Of a stretch of DNA of 64,000 nucleotides, positions 26,943-36,128 are shown in pieces. Positions within the stretch are counted from its first letter, which is position 1, and each line of letters opens with the position of its first letter. Position numbers and translations under genes: made by a program. The notes under the pieces were generated by a model. It was given only the letters and a program-made list of their open reading frames with translations, was not told where the DNA came from and searched no databases. Source of the stretch: Peptococcaceae bacterium BICA1-8 (GTDB lineage: Bacteria; Bacillota; Peptococcia; Peptococcales; BICA1-8); the NCBI GenBank assembly GCA_000802045.1, contig JUEF01000030.1, positions 11,767-75,766 of the forward strand, read 5' to 3'.

Positions 26943-27069
26943 GTAGGCTGTTAAAAAATATTAGATAGCTAGGCGCAAAAAGGGGGCAAAACCGGAGGCG
27001 TACTAAAGTACGTTGAGGATTTTGACCCCTTTTGGGTACGACGCTAGATGATGTTTTTTAGCAGCCTAC
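26943..27069. repeat. ~125-nt long-hairpin element, copy A
   Basis: Three-stem hairpin with conserved boxes AGCTAGGCG, CCGGAGGCGTA, TACGTTGAGGAT and ACGACGCTAG. It ends 3 nt from the stop codon at 27073. Confidence 0.75.
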
Positions 27070-27072
27070 TTT

Positions 27073-28461
27073 TTACATGAGGAATATTGCCATGACAGTA
27101 GCTCCCAACAATCCTAACATAACGGGGATAAAGTTTCTCCGTGCTAATTCCATCGGGTCAACACCACAAATAGCAGCAACTGGAATTAATCCCCAAGGTA
27201 CTACTGTTCCGCCACCTATCCAGACAGAAGACAATTGTCCTAAGGCTGCTAAGGTTCCTTTGTCAACAGCAATAGCACTGCCAAAGGTTTGGGCCAATGA
27301 GCCTACTAAAGGTAGCCCTGAGAATCCCGAACCATCCAAACCGGTAATTCCACCAATTATTACTTGAATAAAAGCTACCGGTATCCTACTTAAAGGAACA
27401 TTATTAGCTAACGCATAACCCAAATCGGTCAAAAGACCAGTTGCTTGTTCACCTAGGATAACTTTAGCTGTTCCCTCTGAACCCAAGAAGAAGAAACCTC
27501 CGATTACAATTACAGGAGCAAAGATTTTAATTCCGAACATAAAGCCATCCCGGATGTAATCAGTAATTTTCTCCAGAGAATCAGTGCCAAATTGGAGAAT
27601 AGCTGCCAAGCACATAATAGCTGCTGCCGTACCTCCAATTAAAGCAGTAGCATCTCCACCCCGTATTTCGTATAAATACATGAATAGTACATCCAAACCG
27701 AAGGCTACTGGAATCAAAATTGCAATAAAGTAAGACACCCAGGTAAATTTCTGATTAGCCTTGGCTTCCTGATCTTTGGCCATTTGTTTTTGTTCAACTT
27801 TTATTGCCTCCTGATTTTTATTTATGTCTTTTTTGAGCATGATAAATGCTGTCACACTAGCAATAATTGAACAAGTTAACCATAAAGGAATACTTGGTCC
27901 GATTACTCCTGTTGCATCGGCAAACCCTGCTGATTTAGCAGTAATAGCCGGAGCACCTTGAATAAAGTAATCTGATGATAAAGCAATACCATGACCAAAT
28001 ATATTCATAGAAATTGCTGCACCAATAACCGGAAGTCCTGCTCTAACAGCTACTGGAAGAACAATGGCACCAATTAATGCTACAGCTGGTGATGGCCAAA
28101 CAAACCAGGATACTAGAAGCATAGCAATACCTAAAACCCAAAAAGCTATATTTGCGTTAACCATTGCCCGTGAGGCTGGCTGCATTACAATATAATCAGC
28201 ACCGACATCAGCTAAAGCTTTAGACATAGCTACAACCAGGGATATAATGGCAATAATTCCCCAGAACTCATTACCGGCAGCAATTAAAGCATTATATACT
28301 ACCTGTAGCCCTCCGATAAGACTGCCTTTTGCTGATAATCCAATAACAAATAAGCCTATAAAACAAGGCAATACCGTATCCCTGCGCAAAATCATGGTAA
28401 CCAAAACTATTAATACCATGAAAACATATATCCAATGTAATGAGGTTAATTGTACTTCCAC
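27073..28461 (-). CDS. polytopic permease (ion-transporter superfamily-like; substrate unknown)
   Basis: 462 aa, more than 10 TM, with a central hydrophilic loop. Resembles DcuC/YfcC/NhaC-type carriers. Confidence 0.6.
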   Translation of the reverse strand: MEVQLTSLHWIYVFMVLIVLVTMILRRDTVLPCFIGLFVIGLSAKGSLIGGLQVVYNALIAAGNEFWGIIAIISLVVAMSKALADVGADYIVMQPASRAMVNANIAFWVLGIAMLLVSWFVWPSPAVALIGAIVLPVAVRAGLPVIGAAISMNIFGHGIALSSDYFIQGAPAITAKSAGFADATGVIGPSIPLWLTCSIIASVTAFIMLKKDINKNQEAIKVEQKQMAKDQEAKANQKFTWVSYFIAILIPVAFGLDVLFMYLYEIRGGDATALIGGTAAAIMCLAAILQFGTDSLEKITDYIRDGFMFGIKIFAPVIVIGGFFFLGSEGTAKVILGEQATGLLTDLGYALANNVPLSRIPVAFIQVIIGGITGLDGSGFSGLPLVGSLAQTFGSAIAVDKGTLAALGQLSSVWIGGGTVVPWGLIPVAAICGVDPMELARRNFIPVMLGLLGATVMAIFLM

Positions 28462-28482
28462 TTTTTTCCCCCCTAATATGCC

Positions 28483-29763
28483 TTATACTACTGATTGATT
28501 ATAGAAGTTTGTCATTCCCGCTTCTTCTACTTTTTTCTTAATTTCGTTAAGATCGGTAGTATAGAAATTCAATTCTTTCATCCGTTGAAAATATACAGAA
28601 CCGGAGAAGGTATATTTTTTGGTTAGACCTTCTTCTGTAGCCATTTGTTCATTAACATATGCTATAGCATCACCGATTACTAGGCTAGTAGGAATCTGTT
28701 TTAAGTCTTTTTTAGCGGCATAACGAACTGCATTATTGCCTGCTAGGCTGCCAGTTACAATAGCCTCGGTATGACCTACTAACAAACCGGCTTTTTCGCC
28801 TCCGCAAAACAGATTATCTACACCCTTAGTTTTTAAGTAATTATCTCTTGGCGAAAGTGCAAGATAACGCATGGAGTTTCCAATCCCTCCGGAATACGGA
28901 TCTTCAAAACGTGCATTTTCAAAACCTGGAATCTGTCTTAAAGTATCCAAATGATAATAAGGTGTCATTAATTTGGCATGCCCTGTATCTAAGAGAATAA
29001 CGTTTTCCTTAAATTCCTGAAGTGCATATTGCTGACAGGCCTTCGACTCTAACGCCCCTTCTTTCTGGAGTTTCTGGGGAATAGGTATAACTGCAACCCC
29101 TTTAGAATTTAATTCTTTAACGATACTTTCTGCCAATGATTCCTTATGTAATTTACAAGAACCACTCATTGCTCCAACAGAGCCATCAGCCTTTTTACCT
29201 TTAAATTCTGTAACACCACATTTTGTTGCTAATTCAATTCTAGGTCCAAAGGTTGGGCAACGATAAATACACATAGCACAGCCATTACCGTATTTTAGGC
29301 AATTTCCCTGCGGCCCAGCCGTACCACTGGTTTCGACAAAAACGTCACCTGTATATTCGTTACCATCTTGGTCAACAACAGCGACAATTTTTTTTCCGTC
29401 CATTTTTACATCTTTAACTCGACACTGCAATTTATATTTTACCCCTGCTTCATCGAGCTTTCTCCGCACTGCCGGCTCTATAGCAGCTACATCATATAGT
29501 GATGCATGCTTATGTCCAGGAAACTCCATGTTTTTATGACGGGCGGTTTCATCAGTTGCATTAAAAAGTTCATTTCCACCCATCGCAATTGACTCTTCAG
29601 TTGCGACAAAACGGCCGTTATTTCGCATTATTCCACCGACTAAACCAGTACCTAAGAACATGTCTGTTCTTTCTAAGACAAGAACGTCAGCTCCTGCCTT
29701 TTTAGCAGTCAAACCAGCAGCACAGCCAGCCCAACCACCTCCAACAACAACAACTTTAACCAT
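28483..29763 (-). CDS. FAD-dependent oxidoreductase
   Basis: N-terminal VVVVGGGWAGCAAG dinucleotide-binding motif. 426 aa. CAMCIYRCP cysteine cluster. Confidence 0.7.
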   Translation of the reverse strand: MVKVVVVGGGWAGCAAGLTAKKAGADVLVLERTDMFLGTGLVGGIMRNNGRFVATEESIAMGGNELFNATDETARHKNMEFPGHKHASLYDVAAIEPAVRRKLDEAGVKYKLQCRVKDVKMDGKKIVAVVDQDGNEYTGDVFVETSGTAGPQGNCLKYGNGCAMCIYRCPTFGPRIELATKCGVTEFKGKKADGSVGAMSGSCKLHKESLAESIVKELNSKGVAVIPIPQKLQKEGALESKACQQYALQEFKENVILLDTGHAKLMTPYYHLDTLRQIPGFENARFEDPYSGGIGNSMRYLALSPRDNYLKTKGVDNLFCGGEKAGLLVGHTEAIVTGSLAGNNAVRYAAKKDLKQIPTSLVIGDAIAYVNEQMATEEGLTKKYTFSGSVYFQRMKELNFYTTDLNEIKKKVEEAGMTNFYNQSVV

Positions 29764-29806
29764 TCAGAAATCTCCTTTCATTTGTCCTTTGGACAGGCTA
29801 ACGTAA

Positions 29807-29861
29807 GGCTAAGGTTGAGGTTGAGTAAAAGATGCGAAACGAAGTGAGTGAAACCTTAGCC
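29807..29861. repeat. hairpin repeat (GGCTAAGGTT...AACCTTAGCC) with a GCGAAACGAAGTGAGTGAAACC core
   Basis: 10-bp stem. Core shared with 19985-20035, 59673-59708 (inverted) and 63459-63524. Confidence 0.65.
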
Positions 29862-29867
29862 TAGTTT

Positions 29868-31328
29868 TTATAGTAATCCTGCGTGTTTACATACAATTTC
29901 AATCAGTTTAACTTGGGCTTTTACGGCATAGCGCATTTTATCTGGAATTAGATTGCCATGGTCATCGGTTGTACCTAGACCAGTAGAAATGTAAATATTT
30001 CCGTCATAAGCAATAGTTGGGATAACACCAAACTTAGTCATTCCTGTTTGGAAGAGATTTGTGCCTGAATACATATCTTCAATTGGGAAGATAGGTATAC
30101 CCATTTGACCATCCTTCCAGGTACCTTCATAGTTAACCTCAACTGCAGTCGAATTGTATACCTTTGTGATTTTAATACCATCTCTAAACTTAGCTGGGAT
30201 ATTTTTAAACTCTTCAACAACAATGTCGTACATGTCATCTACTGGCTTTGTCAGCACTTCGGGGTTATCTCTTAGAACTTTCAGAGCCTGAATTTGACTT
30301 AATAAGGCTTCTTTACCAGGGTCAAAGGTTACATATGCTGCTTTTCCATAAGAAGAAGGAGTTCCCCAACGATCACCGTGCATACCCATTGACCGGCGAA
30401 TTTGAACCATTACATCCTCTTTACCGATGATAAGACCACTGGTTGCTGCTCCAGTTGCTTTATCCATACTATAGATCATTACATCACAATCAATTTTAGT
30501 TGGATCTATGCCAACAAAGGGAAGACCCCAAGCATTGTCAATTACATAAGGCACATTATAGGAATGGGCTAAATCGGCCATATATTTACATAATAGAGGA
30601 GTTCCGTCCTCATCCTGTACGCCATAACCATAACCTGGTGATGGATAGCCTAATGAGGTAATTCCAGTTAAGAAGTTTTCATGGATTTCTGCATGTAAAG
30701 CCAGCTTTTCAATAGATGCTTCAGGATCAACTTCTGATAACAAGATTGCTGGCCATTGCTTAATACCATGAACCGGATATTTTGCTCCTTCCAATGGAAC
30801 AAAGACAACATCAGTGTTATTTTGCCGCTTACCATAAAAGCCTAATTCACCAGCAGTTGAACCTCTATCAGCAACGATATCCTTGTATTTTGGTGGGAAG
30901 GGACGCCCATATCCGCCTTGGTGATGGATGTGTTTTTCATAGGGTGCTAGATAACGAGCACGGTAATTGTCACCACGACCTAAGTTCGGTGGAGTAAACA
31001 AGGTATCAAAAGTACACCAAAGTCCTGCTTCACAGGTACTTGTTGCTGCTGCTTCCCATTCATCACCATATACATCCTTAACCAATTCTCTGATTTGATC
31101 CATAAGTACTGCTAAGGGAATAACTTCCTTCGCACCTTTTTCGCTGTATTCCATAATATCGTGTCTTAAAGGTGCCGGACATCCAGAGATCGCTCCAGTC
31201 AGACCGAATTTTCCCCTGATCTCAGGGGGAATACCAATTTCATCTGCTGCCTTTGCAGCATCTGCATAAATATCTGCCACTTTAGCATGCAATTGCTTGT
31301 ACATTTGGTATTTATATTTTGCTACCAT
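29868..31328 (-). CDS. fold-type-I PLP-dependent enzyme, SelA/DgaE-like
   Basis: 486 aa. YSMDKATGAATSG resembles the S-x-D-K PLP-lysine motif of the SelA family. Confidence 0.5.
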   Translation of the reverse strand: MVAKYKYQMYKQLHAKVADIYADAAKAADEIGIPPEIRGKFGLTGAISGCPAPLRHDIMEYSEKGAKEVIPLAVLMDQIRELVKDVYGDEWEAAATSTCEAGLWCTFDTLFTPPNLGRGDNYRARYLAPYEKHIHHQGGYGRPFPPKYKDIVADRGSTAGELGFYGKRQNNTDVVFVPLEGAKYPVHGIKQWPAILLSEVDPEASIEKLALHAEIHENFLTGITSLGYPSPGYGYGVQDEDGTPLLCKYMADLAHSYNVPYVIDNAWGLPFVGIDPTKIDCDVMIYSMDKATGAATSGLIIGKEDVMVQIRRSMGMHGDRWGTPSSYGKAAYVTFDPGKEALLSQIQALKVLRDNPEVLTKPVDDMYDIVVEEFKNIPAKFRDGIKITKVYNSTAVEVNYEGTWKDGQMGIPIFPIEDMYSGTNLFQTGMTKFGVIPTIAYDGNIYISTGLGTTDDHGNLIPDKMRYAVKAQVKLIEIVCKHAGLL

Positions 31329-31355
31329 CTTAAAATAAAACCTCCTTTTATTAAT

Positions 31356-31377
31356 GGCTAGTGGCTAGTCACTAGTC
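31356..31377. repeat. ACTAGT-containing heptamer array inside an operon spacer
   Basis: ggctagtggctagtcactagtc, between the RidA gene and the PLP-enzyme gene. Confidence 0.75.
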
Positions 31378-31415
31378 TTTATAATTCTCAATTTTTAAAT
31401 CTCAATTCTCAGTTG

Positions 31416-31877
31416 TTACTTAACCTTTACTATCATTTCAACTTCACAAGTGGAATTTAGGGGAAGTTCATTAACCCCCACTGCGGCCCGGGCGTGTTGC
31501 CCTTTTTCTCCAAAAATTTCACCGATTAGCTCACTAGCTCCATTAATGACTTTAGGCTGCATATCAAAACCGTCACTAGAAGCAACAAAACCAGTTACTT
31601 TAACAATCTGCTCAATTTTATCAAGGTCACCGACTACACCCTTAATTACACTCAGACAGTTTAATGCACATAATTTGGCTGCCTGATATGCATCCTCTTC
31701 TTTTACATCTTTACCTACCTTTCCTTTATATTTCAATTCACCATTTAGAAAAGGTATTTGCCCTGAGGTATACACATAGTTGTCTACTTTAACTGCAGGG
31801 ACATAAGCTGCGACAGGTTTAGGTGCTTCCGGGATTTCTAAACCCATGCTTTTAATTTTTTCTTCGACTTTGGACAA
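31416..31877 (-). CDS. RidA/YjgF family reactive-intermediate deaminase
   Basis: 153 aa. YjgF/chorismate-mutase-like pattern (YVYTSGQIP...ARAAVGVNELPLNSTCEVE). Confidence 0.85.
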   Translation of the reverse strand: MSKVEEKIKSMGLEIPEAPKPVAAYVPAVKVDNYVYTSGQIPFLNGELKYKGKVGKDVKEEDAYQAAKLCALNCLSVIKGVVGDLDKIEQIVKVTGFVASSDGFDMQPKVINGASELIGEIFGEKGQHARAAVGVNELPLNSTCEVEMIVKVK

Positions 31878-31947
31878 TTTACTAACCTCCTTTCAAAATT
31901 TCTATAAATAAACATTTCCCTAATAGTTTTCTTAAGGAATCAAACAT

Positions 31948-32391
31948 TTATTCTCGTGATTTTTTACAAATAATTTCCATTCCCACCTCCGCATCAAGTT
32001 CCACTCCTGTTTTCCTTTCATCTGCCTTAATAACAATATTTAAATGATTAGGCATATGTGTTTCATCAAAACCTGCAATCTGACCAACTAATTTACCATC
32101 CAGATAAATTTCATCACCATTTATCATGACACTTCCCTGCTGAACCTCAAAAAAACCTAAATACGAAATACTGTCTACATTTTTCCCTGGCCCTGCTTCT
32201 TTTTCATCAGTAAAGATTAACTCGTGAATTTCATTTTTATTTAAAGCTCGAGATATTGGAGTAATTAGCTTTAAATTTCGGCCTTCTAGCTTACCATCTA
32301 AAACGACAACTAGTCTCCCTTTAATATCCTGTTTCTTTGCATAAGGATTGTTTTTAAAAAGACCCGCCTTATAAGGATCTATAACAGTCAA
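31948..32391 (-). CDS. small beta-rich protein, first gene of the operon (glucitol-IIA-like fold?)
   Basis: 147 aa with a TTG start. No firm family. Weak resemblance to PTS-IIA-glucitol-type barrels. Confidence 0.3.
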   Translation of the reverse strand: MTVIDPYKAGLFKNNPYAKKQDIKGRLVVVLDGKLEGRNLKLITPISRALNKNEIHELIFTDEKEAGPGKNVDSISYLGFFEVQQGSVMINGDEIYLDGKLVGQIAGFDETHMPNHLNIVIKADERKTGVELDAEVGMEIICKKSRE

Positions 32392-32459
32392 AAAATAAAC
32401 ACCTCCTTCTTTTTACTTTTAGATCAATTTTTTGGTCAGTATTTAACAAAAAAGTTATA

Positions 32460-32474
32460 TACTGAATGTCAGTA
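32460..32474. promoter_or_regulatory. palindromic operator candidate TACTGA-ATG-TCAGTA
   Basis: Perfect 6-bp arms lying 69-83 nt upstream of the TTG start at 32391. An extra TCAGTA half-site lies at 32446-32451. Confidence 0.4.
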
Positions 32475-32612
32475 TGGCGGCTCACACTACACTTAAACAC
32501 TCACATTAGTGTTATTATCTACTTTAAGAAGGTTTTTATGTAAAAATAGGTTTATAGTTTTATTCCTATCGATGTTTATCAATAATTAAATAAAGTTTAG
32601 CTAAAAAACGAC

Positions 32613-32637
32613 AAAAAAAAGCCGAGCTTAGCTCGAC
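32613..32637 (-). terminator. rho-independent terminator
   Basis: Minus strand reads GUCGAGCuaaGCUCGGC followed by U8, right after the stop at 32647. Confidence 0.8.
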
Positions 32638-32646
32638 TTTTAATGC

Positions 32647-33408
32647 TTAAACACTTATATAATTTACTTTACCATTCCCAAAGGTAGCTATCTTTGTATA
32701 TCCTGCTTTCTTGGCTATGGCTAAAGCCTTATCCACATCTCTTCCTACCTGTTCTGCCTGATGAGCATCAGATGATAATGTAATTGGAAGATTGGCTTGA
32801 AAACATAGTTCAACTAATTCTGGTGCCGGGTACAACTCATTAATTGGCTTGTACCAGCCGTTAGTATTTAATTCTATAACTACTCCTGTTTTCTCCAAGT
32901 CCCTAAGATAAGGGCTGAAGGTTTCTACAATACTTTTTTTAGGTCTGTGCCCAAATATCTTTAAAAGATCCAAATGTCCAATCAAAGGGAATAAACCGGT
33001 ATTTGCTGCTTCAACAACTAAAGTAAGATATCTGGTGTAGAGCTCGTCTATATCCCACTCCTCAAACCTTTTTTTCCCTTTATCAGCATCAAACATCCAT
33101 TCATCTATATAGTGAACAGAGCCTATTACATAGTCAAAAGGATGGCTGGTTCGAATTTTTGTGATCTCTTCTAGCTTTCCGGGGTAATAATCTATTTCTA
33201 ATCCTACCCTAATATTTATCTGGGGATACAATTCCTGTAGTTCCCGGTATAAAGTAAAATTTAAACTTCCTAGGTAGCGGTCGTGATCAGCAAAACCAAT
33301 TTCCTGGAGATTTTTCTTTAGGGCTACATCTAAAAATGGTATTAACTCCTCTAAAGAATGTTCACGATCAGCATGGCCTAAAGCATGGACATGATAATCT
33401 ACTAACAT
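32647..33408 (-). CDS. PHP-family histidinol-phosphatase-like hydrolase
   Basis: Starts MLVDYHVHALGHADREH (RBS AAGGAAGTGG). PHP metal-binding His/Asp pattern throughout. Confidence 0.8.
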   Translation of the reverse strand: MLVDYHVHALGHADREHSLEELIPFLDVALKKNLQEIGFADHDRYLGSLNFTLYRELQELYPQINIRVGLEIDYYPGKLEEITKIRTSHPFDYVIGSVHYIDEWMFDADKGKKRFEEWDIDELYTRYLTLVVEAANTGLFPLIGHLDLLKIFGHRPKKSIVETFSPYLRDLEKTGVVIELNTNGWYKPINELYPAPELVELCFQANLPITLSSDAHQAEQVGRDVDKALAIAKKAGYTKIATFGNGKVNYISV

Positions 33409-33522
33409 ATTTACCACTTCCTTTATTGTAATTGTTATTGTAAATATTATTATTTCCACTAAAATCAAAGTTCCTATGTCGATGTCTTCATTTTTTCACC
33501 ATTTCACTCTTTCACCCTTACA

Positions 33523-34365
33523 CTATTTCACTTTCTCATTACTTTCCTTGCCATAAGGTATTGGTATGTATTGTACCGATGGTCTCCGATTATTAGTCTG
33601 GGGATACAAGTCCATTAACTTGTATACTTCATAGGGCATATCTGTACTTACAAAAAGCTCTAATTCCCGCAACTCTTCAAATCTTATTGGATAATCATGG
33701 GTCCAGCGACCTTCGCTAAAAATTTTAGCAAGCTCACAAGCCCTTTCCTGGGAGAAATGCTCGGCCAGAATAAAGCACAAGGTATTCTCCACTTGTTTAA
33801 TCGCTTTTTTTGCTATATCAGCGAAAATTAGAGTTTCATCATCTATTTCATTGATATCCTTTTCCTTAACAACATTTAGTATAGAGACTGCAGGATATTG
33901 GCCTAGTTGTGGATCTACAGGACCTAAAACTGCGTTTTCATCCATTACTATTTTGTCGGCTGCCAAGGCAATCATTGTTCCGCCAGACATTGCATAATGA
34001 GGAACAAAAACTGTCACATCTGCTTTGTGTTTTTTTAAAGCATAGGCTATCTGTTCGGAAGCCAAAACTAATCCACCAGGGGTATGTAAAATAATATCTA
34101 TTGGCATATCAGCTGGAGTGAATCGAATTGCCCGCAGTATCTGCTCCGAATCCTCGATGTTTATATATTTTCGTAAGGCTAAGCCAAAAAAGCTCATTGA
34201 TTCCTGTCGGTGAATAAGGGTAATAACCCTCGAATTCCTCTTTTTCTCAAAATCCTGCATAATCTTAATTCTACTGGTTTCTATGCCTCTTTGCTTTATT
34301 AAAGGTAACAGCATAGATACCAAAAATAAAAGCAAAAAAAACTGCCAAAATCCATCGCCTTTCAC
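33523..34365 (-). CDS. SDH-family ClpP-fold serine protease
   Basis: N-terminal TM, then TPGGLVLASEQIA and YAMSGGTMIALAAD typical of the serine dehydrogenase proteinase family. The start codon is uncertain. Confidence 0.7.
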   Translation of the reverse strand: MKGDGFWQFFLLLFLVSMLLPLIKQRGIETSRIKIMQDFEKKRNSRVITLIHRQESMSFFGLALRKYINIEDSEQILRAIRFTPADMPIDIILHTPGGLVLASEQIAYALKKHKADVTVFVPHYAMSGGTMIALAADKIVMDENAVLGPVDPQLGQYPAVSILNVVKEKDINEIDDETLIFADIAKKAIKQVENTLCFILAEHFSQERACELAKIFSEGRWTHDYPIRFEELRELELFVSTDMPYEVYKLMDLYPQTNNRRPSVQYIPIPYGKESNEKVK

Positions 34366-34446
34366 CTCCTAGTTTATGTTATGTATATACCCAAATAATT
34401 ACTAGAAAAAACCGCAGAGGGTTTGCCCATAATTAATTACAATCTT

Positions 34447-36075
34447 TTATTGCTCATCATCCTTTTTTAAAATCATCTCACAAAATTGTTCTAAGATTAT
34501 AGGGTCATAATGGGTTACAGTATATTTAGCTAATTCCTCAACTGCTTGTTCCTTGGACATTGCTTCTTTATAAGGCCGATTTGTTGTAATAGCATCATAG
34601 CTATCAACAATCCTTAGTATTCTTGCACCTATAGGAATATCCTTACCTTTTAAACCTTTCGGATAACCTGTCCCATCATAATTTTCATGATGGTATAAAA
34701 TTATCTCCAAAGAATTCTGAAGAGTTTTTATAGGTCTGATAATATCTGCTCCCCATTGAGGATGTTGTTTAAACATTTCCCACTCAGACTGATTAAGTTT
34801 TTTTGGTTTATTCAAAACCTCTCTAGAAATTTCTATTTTACCGATATCATGTAAGAGTGAACCATAAATAAGATTTTTTGTTAGGAAATCATTGAATTTT
34901 GAACTTATAGAAAATTTTCTGCATAGTTCCATAGTTCTTTCCGAATGTCCATAAGTATAGCGGTCTTTAGCATTAATAACCATAGTTAGAGTTCTGATTG
35001 AATTTAAAAGTTCTTGTTCCTCATCCTTTAAAACAAGGCTCAATTCGTCAAAAACTGAATAATAGACTTCTACTTTATTCTTACTGACAAATTTAGCTTT
35101 ATATAAAGCTTCATCAGCTTTTTGAATAAGCTTTTCCTTAGTATCAGCCATTAAAGGCAACTGAGCTATTCCAATTGAAACAGTTAAGTTGCCCTTTGGC
35201 AGCACCTGCATGCCTATAAATTCAGTTTTTTCTATCTCTTCTCGAATCTTCTCAGCTAATATCCTAGCATCCCGGATCCCTGCCTCAGGCAATATTATTA
35301 CAAACTCTTCCCCACCATACCTAGCACAGTAGCCTTTTCCTTGAGTATTATTCTTCATGATATCAGCAACGGCTTTTAATACAATGTCACCCTTCTGATG
35401 ACCTAGGGAATCATTATACACCTTAAAATAATCTATATCTAATAAAAGCAAAGAAAGTGAAGACTTATTTCCTTTGGCTTCAGTTATTTTCTCATCTAGT
35501 ATGGTCTGAAAGCTCCTATGGTTTAATAAATCAGTCAATCCATCATGGGTTGCAAGTCTTTCTAATTCCTCTCTTATCTTTGCCTCTGTTTCCGTCATGT
35601 TGCCTAAAAGCCAGGCTAACAAAAATAAGACTCCACTAAGCATGATATCTGCATCAATATAGATAAAATTACTTAAAAAACCCATACCTAATAAAATAAG
35701 TGTTATTAAACCGACAAATATATACGAGTATATTTTTTTATATTTTAATGATGTGATAACTATTGGCATTAAATAAAGTATTTTAAAAATTTCTTGTTCT
35801 TCTTTCAATAAAAGAAAGGAAGCAATTAAAATAAAGAATATATTTATAAATGTGTCAAGCAATATGGTATGTTTATAGTCTACAAGTCGTATTAGTGGTA
35901 TCAGTGAAATAATAACTATAAAAACATAGCTAGAACCTACCGAGTAAAGAGTTGATGCTTCATTTTTAAAATCAAAAACTCTCATTACTAATATGGCTAA
36001 AAGTAAAAAAAAGAAAGTTTGTGTGACAAGAATATAAATCTCTTTATTTTTAAAATTTTTATCTATTTCTAACAT
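34447..36075 (-). CDS. polytopic membrane GGDEF plus HD-GYP protein (c-di-GMP synthesis/hydrolysis)
   Basis: About 6 N-terminal TM segments. GGDEF domain with RYGGEEF. HD-GYP domain with HSERT...LLHDIGK...HHENYDGTGYP. Start taken at MLEIDKNF. Confidence 0.85.
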   Translation of the reverse strand: MLEIDKNFKNKEIYILVTQTFFFLLLAILVMRVFDFKNEASTLYSVGSSYVFIVIISLIPLIRLVDYKHTILLDTFINIFFILIASFLLLKEEQEIFKILYLMPIVITSLKYKKIYSYIFVGLITLILLGMGFLSNFIYIDADIMLSGVLFLLAWLLGNMTETEAKIREELERLATHDGLTDLLNHRSFQTILDEKITEAKGNKSSLSLLLLDIDYFKVYNDSLGHQKGDIVLKAVADIMKNNTQGKGYCARYGGEEFVIILPEAGIRDARILAEKIREEIEKTEFIGMQVLPKGNLTVSIGIAQLPLMADTKEKLIQKADEALYKAKFVSKNKVEVYYSVFDELSLVLKDEEQELLNSIRTLTMVINAKDRYTYGHSERTMELCRKFSISSKFNDFLTKNLIYGSLLHDIGKIEISREVLNKPKKLNQSEWEMFKQHPQWGADIIRPIKTLQNSLEIILYHHENYDGTGYPKGLKGKDIPIGARILRIVDSYDAITTNRPYKEAMSKEQAVEELAKYTVTHYDPIILEQFCEMILKKDDEQ

Positions 36076-36095
36076 AGTTATAAACCTCACTGAAT

Positions 36096-36124
36096 TTAAA
36101 TTGAGGTGGAAAACCACCTCAATT
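36096..36124 (-). other. strong stem-loop between agrD and the GGDEF/HD-GYP gene
   Basis: AAATTGAGGTGGttttCCACCTCAATTT, a 12-bp perfect stem with no U-run after it. Confidence 0.6.
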
Positions 36125-36128
36125 TAAA

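Noticed and set aside
31356-31377. UAG repeats in the heptamer array as a second TRAP site.
   Set aside because: The triplets are spaced by 4 nt (UAG-UGAC-UAG-CCAC-UAG) rather than 2-3 nt. The same array occurs at unrelated loci, so it is a by-product of the CACTAGT repeat.
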